The notes under the pieces: model-generated
The model's input: the letters and a program-made list of their open reading frames with translations, nothing else
Told to the model about the DNA's origin: nothing
The model's database searches: none
Part shown: piece after piece, positions 49,400-61,380 of the stretch
Position numbering within the stretch: position 1 is the first letter of the stretch
Layout: each line of letters opens with the position of its first letter
Translations under genes and position numbers: made by a program
Source of the DNA: Hypanus sabinus
Taxonomy: Eukaryota
Assembly (NCBI RefSeq): GCF_030144855.1
Contig: NC_082736.1
Location: 7,440,001-7,504,000, forward strand
Length of the DNA stretch: 64,000 nucleotides
Direction of reading: 5' to 3'

Positions 49400-52260
49400 T
49401 CGCATTCAAACTCAACAGCATCTCCTCCACAATTACCATCAGCACTGGTGCAGCACAAGGCTGTGTGCTTGGCCCCTACTCTACTCACTCTAAACCTCTG
49501 ATTGTGTGGCTCAGTACAACTCCAATGCCACATTTAACTTTGCAGATGACACCACTGTTGTTGGATGAATCAAAGGTGGTGACAAATTTGCCATCAGGAG
49601 GGAGATGGAAAATCTAGTTGAATGGATCCTCAACAATAATCACTCACTCAACTCAACAAAACCAAAGAGTTAATCATTGACTGCAGGAGAAGGGAAGTGC
49701 AGGTCTATGTGTCTCTTATCATCAGGGAATTCGAGGTGGAGAGAGTTGGTAACTTTAAATTCCTTGTCATTATCATTTCAGAGGATCTGTCCTGGGACTA
49801 GCAGTAAGTGCCATCATAAAGAAGGCACGGCAGTGACAACTTAGAACTTTGCCTATAATCAGCATGATATTGAAAACTTTGACACACTTCTATAGATGCA
49901 CAGTGGAGAGCATCCTGACTTGTTGTTGCATCATAACCTGATATGGAAACACAATGATCAGGAATGGAAAAGTCTACAAGAAATATTAGATACATCCCAG
50001 TCCATCACAGGCAAAGCCCTCCCCATCATCCAGTATATTTACAGGAAGTGTAAATATTTACAAGATATTAAAAGATATTTACAAGCAAACTGCATCCATC
50101 ATCAACAACATCCTTCATCCATCTCATGCCCTCTTTGCACAGCTGCCATCGGGAAGGACAACCAGGAGCCCCAGTTCCCACAGCACCAGGTTCAGAATGA
50201 GTTATTACCCTACACAGGTCATGCTCTTGAAACAGAGTAAATAACTTCTCTGAGCTGATTCCATAACTTGCAGAGTCACTTTCACGTATTATACAACTGA
50301 ATTTCACAGAAATATATATATTTTTTTTATTTTTCCACTATTTGTCTTCTTTTGCACTATTTGTCTGTCAGTCTTTGCTGTTTACATTTTTTTCATCAAT
50401 TCCATGGTATTTATTTTCCTGTAATCACCTGAAAGAAAATTAATCTGAAGTAGTAACCTTTTACATCCGAGGTCCCAACACACTAGGCCACTGCTACACC
50501 AGGATAAGGAATGCCTATTGTAGTTAAGTTGCATCATTTGACTGTACTCCTGCTACCTGCATACAGACAGAGCCTAAGGAACAAGTCTCCAGAGATCCAG
50601 TGTTGGTCATGCGAGGCAGAGGAATGGTTACAGGATTGCCTTGAGTCAGCAGGCTGAGCCATGTTCCTGAACTCAACTAACTATCTGATCGATAAGGCCA
50701 GGGTCATTACAGAGTTCATTAAAACATCTGTGGAGGTGTGTGTCCCCACAAAATCACTCAGGGTTTTCCCAAATCAGAAGCTCTGGATAAGCACTGAGAT
50801 CCAGAACCTGCTGAGCACCAGATCAGTGGCATTCAAGTCTGGAGATCAGGAGTGTTACAAGAGGTGCAGGTGTGATCTCCAGAAAGCCTCTTGGGCAAGG
50901 GGAGATTCCAGACTAGACTGGAATAAAATAGGGATCCTTGACAGTTGTGGCAGGGTTTGAACGACAGAACCTCCTGCAAAGGTAAATCCTGTGACAAAGG
51001 GGACAGCAGACATTTCCTTCCAGATGAGCTCAATGCCTTCATATCTTCAGCCTCACTATCTGGCAGTGTGTGGTACCCTTCTGCTGGAAGAAAGCTTCAA
51101 TCATATCGGTGCCCAACAGCAGCATGGGAACTTGTTTAAATGACTATTGCCCAGTGGCTGTTACATCCACGATGATGAAGTGTGTTGAGAGGCTGGTGTT
51201 GAAGCATATCAGCTCTTGTCTGAATGGTGACTTGGATCCTCTCCAATTCACCAACCGAAGCAAAATCAGATGTGTCTCGTTGGCTCTTTACACAACACTG
51301 GAACATCTGGACAGCAAAGATGCAAACATCAGAATTGATGTTTATTGATTACAGCTCAACATTGAATACAGTCCTACCCTCAAATCTAATCAGTAAACTC
51401 CAAGACTGGGCCTCAATACCCCCGTGTGCTATTGGATCCTGGATTTCCCCAGGTGCAGACCCCAGTCAGTTCAGATTGGCAAAAACATCTCCTCCACAAT
51501 CTCGATCAGCACAGGAGCACAACCGGGAAGTGAGCTTAGCCCCTCCTCCCCCACCTACTCACTTTTCACCTACAGTATGACTGTGTGGCCAAGTACACTG
51601 CCAACACCATTTACAAGTTTGCGTATGACACCACTGTTGTGGGCTGTACCAAAGGGCTGCATTGATCAGCATACAGGAAGGACACTGAAAACTTGGCTGT
51701 GTGCCATAATGACAACTCAATGTCAATAAGACCAAGGGACTGATTGTGGCTTCAGGAGGGGAAAACCCGAGGTCCATGGACCTGTAATCAAAGGACGATT
51801 AGTGGTGGACAGGGTCAGTAACTGAATTTCTGTGTGTCACTCTTTGAGGACCTGTCCCAGGCCCATCATATCAATATTATTGTGAAGAAATCCCAACTAT
51901 GCCTCTACTTCCTCAGGGCTCTCTGAGATTCAGCATGTCATCGTAAACTTTGCCAAACTTCTATATACTTGTGGTGCCTGGCTGCATTACGGCCTGGTAA
52001 CAAACACCACCACCAATCCTACAAACTGTAGTGGATTTGGCCCTGTATATCACTCACAACCACTGAGCATATCAACATGAAACACAGCCGTAGGAAAGCA
52101 GTGTCCATCATCAAAGATCCTCACCACCAAGACAATGCTCTTTTCTCACTGCTACCATCAGGTAGAAGGTACAGGTACCTCAGGATTCACAACACCAGGT
52201 TCAAGAACAGTTACCACCTCTCAATCATCAGTGTCTTGAACAAAAGGGGATAGTTACACT
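49400..52260 (+). mobile_element. Two degenerate Rex1/L2-like LINE remnants
   Basis: TISTGAAQGCVLGP, LNDYCPVAVTSTMMKCVERLV, MFIDYSSTLNT, RFKNSY motifs. Confidence 0.78.
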
Positions 52261-55200
52261 CATTTATGGACTCTGTTATATTGTTATTTCATACCGGTTA
52301 CTTACTTGTTCAAGAGCTGTGAGGTGAAGACCTTGGTCAGACCCCACGGAGTTAAAAACATAGAAACATAGAAAACCTACAGCACAATACAGGCCCTTCG
52401 GCCCACAAAGTTGTGGCAAACATGTCCTTATCTTAGAACGAACTAGGATTCTCCATAGCCCTCTATTTTCCTAAACTCCATGTACCCATCTAGGAGTCTC
52501 TTAAAAGACCCTACCATCTCTGCCTGCACCACGGTCGCTGTCAGCCCATTCCATGCACTCAACATGGATAGGAAAGGTTGTGAGGGATACAGTCCTAATG
52601 CAGGCAGATGGGACGAGTTCAGGTCGATAACTTGGTTGGCATCGATGAGTTGTACCAAAGGGATGCTTTCAGTTCTGTATAAATCACAGACTCTATTTTG
52701 GGAGGTTAAACCAGGGCAGGATGTACACAGTGAATGACAGGCTCCTGGGAAGTTTTCATGAACAGTGACGTTATTGGCTTCTGCCCCCAGTCCTCTGCCA
52801 GCTTATTCGGGATACTAGTTATTCTCTGTGTGAAATATTTACACTTCAGATCCCCTTCTCACTGATCGGCTGGAACATTCTCATCAGAGTGTATGTGATA
52901 TTAGAGAGACTGATAAAATAATGGCAGACATTGATACGGACAATAGTGAATCTGTTATCTCCAGGGTCATGGAGTTGGAAGCTAGAGATTACAGGTATAA
53001 AGTGCGAGAGGAAAGATTTAACTGGGACCATGAGGAGCAGGTTTTATTCACAGAATGTGCTGTTTACCTGGTACAAACTACCTCCAGTGATGGTATAGAG
53101 GGGCACAGTTGCCAAATCTCTTGGACAGTGGAGAGGGAAGTTTCACAGGGACATGGGCCAAATTCAGGTAACTGACAATGGTATTGTTTGGCTACTTGGT
53201 CAGCATGGATGTGTTGGGCTGAAGGGCCTGTTTCTGTGCTGCATAAATTAGTGACTAGGTCTGTTGCTGTGGCAGAGCAGGAGGGACAGGGTCAGTAGTG
53301 AGAAGGTTTGGGGGATGTCGACAGGAGAGTGAATGGTTGAGGATTGGGCAGATGGAACAGAATGTGGGGAAATGTGAGATCACCCATTCCCAGGAACAAA
53401 CTGTAAGAGTCATTTCCACACGGGATGTTCAGAGGGACCTGGGTGTCCTTGTAAACAAATCACTTGAGTTAACATGCAGATACAACAAGTGATGAGAGAG
53501 GCAAACAGTATTTTGTCCTGTGATCCAGGAGGAGTGGAGAAGAGGGGTACAGATGTCTCACTGGATTCTATAGGGCCCTGGTGAGAGCACACCTTGAATA
53601 TAGTGTCCGGGTTTGGTCACACATCCTCGGGAAGGATATCCCTGCAATAGAGGGAGTTCAGTGACTGTTCCCCACACTGACTGGGCTGGTTCCAGGGATG
53701 GAGGATTGGTTATGTGAGAGGAGAGTGAGTGGGCTGGGTCTGTATTCCTGCAGTTAATGAGAAAACGAGGAAATCTGTTAGATTCTTTCAGGATGTGACC
53801 GGCTGTAGGCAAGGAGGATCTTTCCCCTGAATTAGATCTCCATAACGGAGGAAAATACCCTCAGAATGAGGCGTAAATCACAAACACCAGAGAATCCGCT
53901 GATGCTGGAAATACAAAGTAATACACACAAAATGCTGGAGGAACTCAGCAGGACAGGCAGCCTTTATGGAAAAGAGTAAACAGTCAACACTTCGGCCCGA
54001 GACCCTTCCATCAGATCTCGTCCTGGTGATGGTTCTCAGCCCAAAGCATCGACTCGTTACCCTTTCCCATAGATGCTGCCCGGCCTGCTGACTTCTGCCA
54101 GCATTTTGTGTCTGTTGATCAGGTTGAGGTGACAAGCATTCAGGATGGAAATGAGATCAGATTCCTTTAATCTGAGAACAAAGAACTTCTGTATTCCTTA
54201 TATAAGGAATCTGGAGCCTCAGGTGCTGGGTTGAGTCAAAGCTGAGATCAACAGTCTCTGGGAAAATTTTAGTTTCTAAGTGAGTCCATAAGACCATCAG
54301 ATTTAGGAACAGAATTCGGCCATTTGGCCCATCGAGCCTGCTCTGCCATTTCATCATAATTGATCTATTTTTCCTCTTAGCCCCAATCTCTGCCTATATC
54401 CAGTGATTTGGCCTCTACAGCTGCATGTGGCCAAAAATTCCACCGATTCACCACTCTCTGGCTGATGAAATTCCTCCTCATCTCCACTCTAAAAGGATGC
54501 CCCTCTATTTTGAAACTGTGTGGTCTGGTTACAGACACTCCTACCACAGGAAAAGTCCTCTCCACATCCACTCACTCAAGCCCTTACACTATTTGATAGG
54601 TTTCAATTCAGTAACACTTCTTCCTTCGAATTTCCAGTGAATAGAGGCCTAGTGAGGTGAAATGCTCTTCATTAGATAAGCCATTTAATCCTGGGTAAAA
54701 TTCCCCATTTGTGACGTAATGTCAGTACAATAAATTCTGGATTTCAGAGATTTTTGCGTTTTAGAATCATGGATCAATCTGCCCAATATTAATCACTAGT
54801 TTGTATGCAGTAAACATTGTTAATTTAACCCATGCAATCCCAGGCACACAGATGCAAAATAAAGACAGGTGTAAATTTGGAGTAGGGAAGTTTAACCGTA
54901 CTTGGAGGTAAAGCCTGATTACTAGGCCTCAGAACATTCTGTTCCTCAAATGGTCAGAATAAAGCCAAGTAACAAGGTGGAAAATACCCACAACTTGTAG
55001 AATTACACGCCTTGCTTCCTGGGATAAACACCTGATCCACCCTGGCTGCATTGCCTCGGTGAGATTGTTTCACGATTAAAGACCCGAAACACCCAATGAC
55101 CCTCAGTTGTATTATTGATTATGTGTCCTTTTGCACACCCGGTTCCCTAAGCCAAGAGGTGTTGAACCACGATAATGAAAGGCATCGGCCACTGTGTGGC

Positions 55201-56034
55201 TCCACTACACTACCCCATCCACCGTAGTGCCACATATCTCACCATACACAATCTACAGCCTTATCTCTCCCAGGCCCACATATACATCCACCAACCCTAC
55301 CCTCAAACCTAATCCAGGAGTCCAAGGGGACACACAGCCCCACAAACCAGATGACTAGTGTAAGGAGGAGCAAGATCCAATAAAGGCAAGTGTTGGACCT
55401 GGTGAATGAAGGCATGGGCCAGATCAAAGTGGCAGCGTTGCGTGACTCTGAATCGAGAGTGACGAGATGAAGAAGCACAAGAGGGTGATACTCCTACTGC
55501 CTGCATAATCTCTTTGTTATTTTGTTATTACGTAACATGGTATAATATTTAATTTCAGTGTTTCTTGTCAATGTTGATGCAATGTGTCTGTGATGCTGCT
55601 ACAAATACGTTGTCCCTCTCACCTGTGCATAAATAAACTCGATTTGAACATTACATTGAAATGTCCAAATCTCTCTTTCGTTCTCGTGCCCTGTGTCATG
55701 AACTAACCGGCTTAGTGTTTAATTTTACAATATTTCATCAGATTTTATTTTCAATCTGCTTTTGAAGTTTGCGTTTCCCTTTTCAATGTCAGCCCGCACC
55801 CCCGCCTGTCTCTGCCCTTCTGTACTTCCTCCCGCATTAAACGACAGCGGTAACCGACACACATTGGCGCCGCTTCCCATCCCCCAGCGTTCCGATTGGT
55901 GATTCGTTTCTCCAAACAGCCAATGGGAATGCTCAGCATTCCCATCCTCATTAACATACCACTTTGGGCGCTGCCTATTTAATCCGCGCTCCGGACAGCT
56001 TCTGCTTATTATTGTGTTTGAAACCGACGAGGAA

Positions 56035-56409
56035 ATGCCTGATGCACCGAAACCCGCTCCCAAGAAGGGCGCCAAGAAAGCTCTGTCCAAACCGGCGAGC
56101 AAGTCTGGCAAGAAGCGCAAGAGGTCGAGGAAGGAGACTTACGCCATCTACATCTACAAAGTGATGAAGCAGGTTCATCCCGACACCGGCATCTCTTCCA
56201 AGGCCATGAGCATCATGAATTCATTCGTGAACGATATTTTCGAGCGCATCGCGGGTGAGGCTTCCCGCCTGGCCCATTACAACAAGCGGTCCACCATCAG
56301 CTCCCGGGAGATCCAGACCGCCGTGCGCCTGCTGTTGCCCGGAGAGCTGGCCAAGCACGCCGTGTCCGAAGGGACAAAGGCGGTGACCAAGTACACCAGC
56401 TCCAAGTGA
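56035..56409 (+). CDS. H2B: Histone H2B copy 2 (124 aa; true ATG at 56035)
   Basis: As copy 1 with three amino-acid differences (P>L, T>S, S>T). Confidence 0.99.
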   Translation: MPDAPKPAPKKGAKKALSKPASKSGKKRKRSRKETYAIYIYKVMKQVHPDTGISSKAMSIMNSFVNDIFERIAGEASRLAHYNKRSTISSREIQTAVRLLLPGELAKHAVSEGTKAVTKYTSSK

Positions 56410-56440
56410 AGCTCCCCAGTGAGATGATCGAAAACACAAC

Positions 56441-56456
56441 GGCTCTTTTAAGAGCC
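56441..56456 (+). promoter_or_regulatory. Histone 3' stem-loop of H2B copy 2
   Basis: GGCTCT-TTTA-AGAGCC-ACTCA. Confidence 0.95.
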
Positions 56457-56758
56457 ACTCACAATTTCAATGGAAGAGTTGTACTAGCTTTTCGGTAATA
56501 AATTACACATACTTTATGTCTGGTGACTTTTACAAGAGCTAAATCGCGGTTGGAACAACATCCTACTGAACTGAGAAGGAATTGTTACCCCCCCCCCCCC
56601 CCCCTTCCATCAGTTCGTCCCACTCGGTATCCATGCCAAGCGGAGGATTGCTGCCGTTGTTGTTTTATTTGTGGCTTCAGGAGTTTATTGGTTCCGGTTG
56701 GGTAACTCCTGAATCTGTTTTCAACTCGAGCCTGAAAGACCCCATGGCTCTTTCATAT

Positions 56759-56860
56759 GAAGAAGCGTCGATAGTGCTTCTGCTTATAGATGCTGCCTGG
56801 CCTGCTGGGTTCCACCAGCATTTTGTGTGTGAATTTCCAGCATCTGCAGATTTCCTCGTG
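56759..56860 (+). mobile_element. 102-bp Penelope pLTR tail insertion with 15-bp TSD between H2B and H2A
   Basis: ATGGCTCTTTCATAT at 56744-56758 and 56861-56875. Paralogous copy at about 1761-1866(-). Confidence 0.8.
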
Positions 56861-57337
56861 ATGGCTCTTTCATATTATAACTTCATAAAACTGCAGACGA
56901 GACGCTGGTCAAAGTTTGAGAAGAGCCGTTTTCCATAACCTGATAACGTTCACACAGTGACCGACCGCGGGCAGAAGCTGAGGGTCAGTTTTATTCGGTT
57001 CCGTTACGGGTTGAAGAAATTAGAGAATTGAGTTCCCAGACACTCCAATATCAACTACACTTAAATCAAATGTGCCCGGTTTCAGTAACAGAGGGTAACC
57101 GATCTGCAATTATTTAACTGGAAATCAAATTTGAACAATAGATTTATTTTTGGCGGGCTTTTTTCCAGATTTCAGTACATTTTGGGGAGGAGACGGTTAT
57201 GTTCCCGCTTCTACTTTTACGGACTGCTGATTGGTGATTAAGGCAGTTCTTCGATTGGGACATTTGTCTTCACCAATGAGAATAAGCAGGATCACACCAA
57301 TCACAAACATTAATTTGCATTCTCAAAGAGGGAATAA

Positions 57338-57787
<450 letters not shown>

Positions 57788-57817
57788 AGCGACGTAAGCT
57801 GAATCTATTTACCCAAA

Positions 57818-57833
57818 GGCTCTTTTCAGAGCC
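57818..57833 (+). promoter_or_regulatory. Histone 3' stem-loop of H2A copy 2 (canonical)
   Basis: AAA-GGCTCT-TTTC-AGAGCC-ACTCA. Confidence 0.96.
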
Positions 57834-60499
57834 ACTCACAATGTCTGTGGAAGGGCTGAGCGGCGGGTCCTTTCCGTCCGTTTGATATCCTGCATCCGTC
57901 AGTGTCTCGACCTGTTTCTAACGCGAATAAACCGATATAAATCTGCACAGAAACCGGTTCGTTTCAGTCCCTGATCGTTTTCCCCTATCACCCGACTGAA
58001 TGCAGCTCTCTCCCCTTGCAGAGAGTCAGCGGGTTCCCTAGGCGCAGAGTCATGAAATGAACTTCCGGAGTCAGCCCCGGGAGGGAGAGTTTAATCTCCG
58101 ATCACTGAACGACTCCGCTCTTCATCACCTGGAACCGCGTTGTCTGGGTTCCACATTACGGTTTTACCCCGGACCGTTCCGGTGTGCAGAAGGCGGGAAC
58201 ATCGCCTGTTCGTTGCTTCATGAGCGATTCCCATCGCCTCACAGAAAAATAACATTTGCGTTTTACATTTCAGAATCAAGTTTATTATCACCGGCATGTG
58301 ACGTGAAATTTGTTAACTCAGCAGCAGCAGCAGTTCAATGTCATACATAATCTAAAAGACAGAGTAATAAAATAACAAATAAAATAAAACATAATAAATA
58401 AACAAGTAAATCAGTTACGTATATTGACTGTTATTTTGAAAAATGTGCACAAACGGATATACTGTATATTAAAACGTGAGGTAGTGTCCATAGTTTTAAT
58501 GTCCATTTAGGAATCGGATGGCAGAGGGGAAGAAGCTGTTCCTGAATCGCAGAGTGTGCCTTCAGGCTTCTGTATCTCCTACCTGACGGTAACAGTGAGA
58601 AAAGGGCATGCCCTGGGTGTTGGAAGTGTTTAATAATGGACGCTGCCTTTATGAGCACCGCTCCCTAAAGATGTCCTGGGTACTATCAGCAGCTTCTTTC
58701 GGTGCTGTGCCGTAGCCCCTCCACACCAGACAGATGTCGCCTGTCAGAATGCTCTCCGCGGCACAACTATACAGGTCTCTGACTGTCTACAAAGGTACGT
58801 TTACCCTGTGGAACCGACCGTATTTACTGAAAAACTCTCGTCCACCCAGGCCTCTGAATATAAATGAACATTTTGCGAAAGAGAGGGTCAGTTTGATCAG
58901 ATCTGCCGAGAGGCTCCCTATGTGAGGCGGTGCGTCGCTCTGAGTTTGGTTTGTGCCAGGGAGAAAAGGGTGGGGTGGGTGGATCGAGTTCTTCAGCACC
59001 GTAGTACCAGTCACTTCTCTCCAAATTCCTGTCTGTCTGAGACTTCCCTAAATACCCCTGTGCTCTCTGCCTCTGCCAATACCCCTGACAGTGCATTCCA
59101 AGTCCACATCACTGTTCCCTTCACTTTCTTCCTCTGATCTTAAATACATGTTTTTTAGTAGAATACATTTCCCTCCTGTGAAAAATATTACTGGCTGTTT
59201 ACACCAAGTATGTCCTGCAAAATTGTATAAATTTCTGTCAGATCTCTCCTGAGCTGACGCCACTCCAGAGGAAAAAGCTCCAGCATGTCGAGCCTCTCCT
59301 CACCTCACTCCTCCTCCAGACATCCTGCTTAACAACTTCTGCACCTGCACCGAAACCTCCACATGCTTCCTAGAATGAGGTGACCGGAACTGAACACTGT
59401 GCTCTCACTGTGGCCAAACTAGCATTTTATAAACTGTGACATGATGTCCTGGTGATTGAACTCAATGCCTTGCCCGGTGAAGGCAAACATGCCGTACACC
59501 GGCTTTACCACCCTGTCAACCTGTGCTCCCAGTTTCAGGGAACCAATCTGCCCGGACCCAACATCCTTCTGTATGTTAATGTTCCTGCCATTACCTGTGT
59601 ACCCATGCTTTATGTTGCCCCTGGGTATCCTTTTCACCACAATGAATGTACAGAATGCAGTGGGGTTATCTTTAATCCTGCTCATCAGAGATTTTTCATC
59701 ACTGTTTCTCACTCTCCAAATGTTCTTGTGTTCCCTTCTGTGTTTTAAATATCGTCCTCAAACCCCCTGTTTGATTCCAGCTTCCTAAGCCTTACATAAG
59801 CTTCTCACTCTTCCTCGACTAAATTTTCTTCCTCTCTCATCATCCAAGGTTCCTGAACCTTGCCATCCTGGACCCTCCCCCTTACAGGAACAAACTGGCC
59901 CTGAATCACTGTGCAGCTGTCTTTAAACAAACTCATGTCAGATGAGGATTTGCCTCAAAATCCATCCTTACAGCATTAAGCATCAAACTTGGCGTCAATC
60001 TCTCCATTCACTGGTGTTCACTGGTGTTCTGGTTCACATCCCCCTGTCAATCTCATTTCAACCCTCCCAGGGAGCAACAATGAAACCACATGATACCGAC
60101 CCCCCCCCCCCCCTCCTGGGAAGGTGCAAACCACCCTCCCCCTTGTAAATGTCACCTCTAGACCTGAAGAGGTTCCAGTGTTCTGGAATCCTGAAACCCG
60201 GTCCCTGCACCAGCTCCTCAGCCACACAGTCATCTGCTCTAACTTTCTGTTCCCACCCGAACTACCACAGAGCATTGGGAGTAACACAAAAATTATAACC
60301 TTTCAGGTCCTGCTCTTTAACTTGTTCCCTAACTCTCTATATTCACTGTGGGACCTCATCCCTTTTCTACCTGTCCACTGCTACTGACGTGAACCACCAC
60401 CTTCGGCTGAGTGAACATTGTTCAGTAGCTGCTCTGAGACTTCCCTGACACTCAGTTATACGATTTACAAAACTTTGAAACCGACTAAAAAAAAGTCAT

Positions 60500-61380
60500 T
60501 GAGAGGGAAAAGATGAAATACGAAGGTTAGCTAGCCATTTGTATTAAAAAGGATACCAGAAGTTTCTTCAGATATACAAAGTGTAAAAAAGAGGCAAAAG
60601 TAGATGATGCTGGAGACGTAGTAATGGGGTACAGGGAAGTGGCAGAGAAGCTGAATACGTATGGTGCATCAGTCTTCACTGTGGAAGACACTGGCAGGCT
60701 GCTGGAAATTCAGGAGAATCAGGGGGCAGAAATGAGTGAATTGGCCTTTACTGTGGAAAAGCTGCTTGGGAAACTGAAAGATCTGAAGGTAGATAAATCA
60801 GCTGGATGGGATTTTCTACACCAGTGCTATGAAAGAGGTGACTGAAGAGATAGTGGCAGTTTTAGTAATAATCTTTCTATAATCCCTGTATTCTGGCGTG
60901 GTCCTGGAGAAGAGGAAAATTGCAAACATTATTCCACTCTTGAAGGAGGGAGAAGAGCAGACGAGAGGAAATCATCGGCCAGTCAGTCTGACCTCAGTGG
61001 TGGGGAAGATGATGGACTCGATGTATTTTCGGGCTACTTGGCGACACATGATAAAATAGGACAAAGTCAGCATCGTTTCCTTTAGGCCCAAGGTGTACAA
61101 GATGATGAGAGGCTTTTTCTCAGGGCTGAACTGGCTGCAACAAGAGGACACAGGTTAAGGTGCTGGGGAGCAGCTACAGAGATGTCAGGGGTAAGTTTTT
61201 TACTCAGAGAGTGGTGAGTGCGTGGAATGGGCTGCCCGCAACGGTGGTGGAGGCGGATACGATAGGGTCTTTTAAGAGACTTTTGGATAGGTAAGCCCAG
61301 AAATTCCTAAAGTAGGGACATGTTCAGCACAAATTTTTCGGCCGAAAGGTCTGTTTGGTGCTGTAGGTTTTCTATGCTTC
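60500..61380 (+). mobile_element. CR1 ORF2 fragments and 3' end
   Basis: KIANIIPLLKEG..GNHRPVSLTSVVGK motif; 3' end shared with 16880-17260. Confidence 0.78.
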
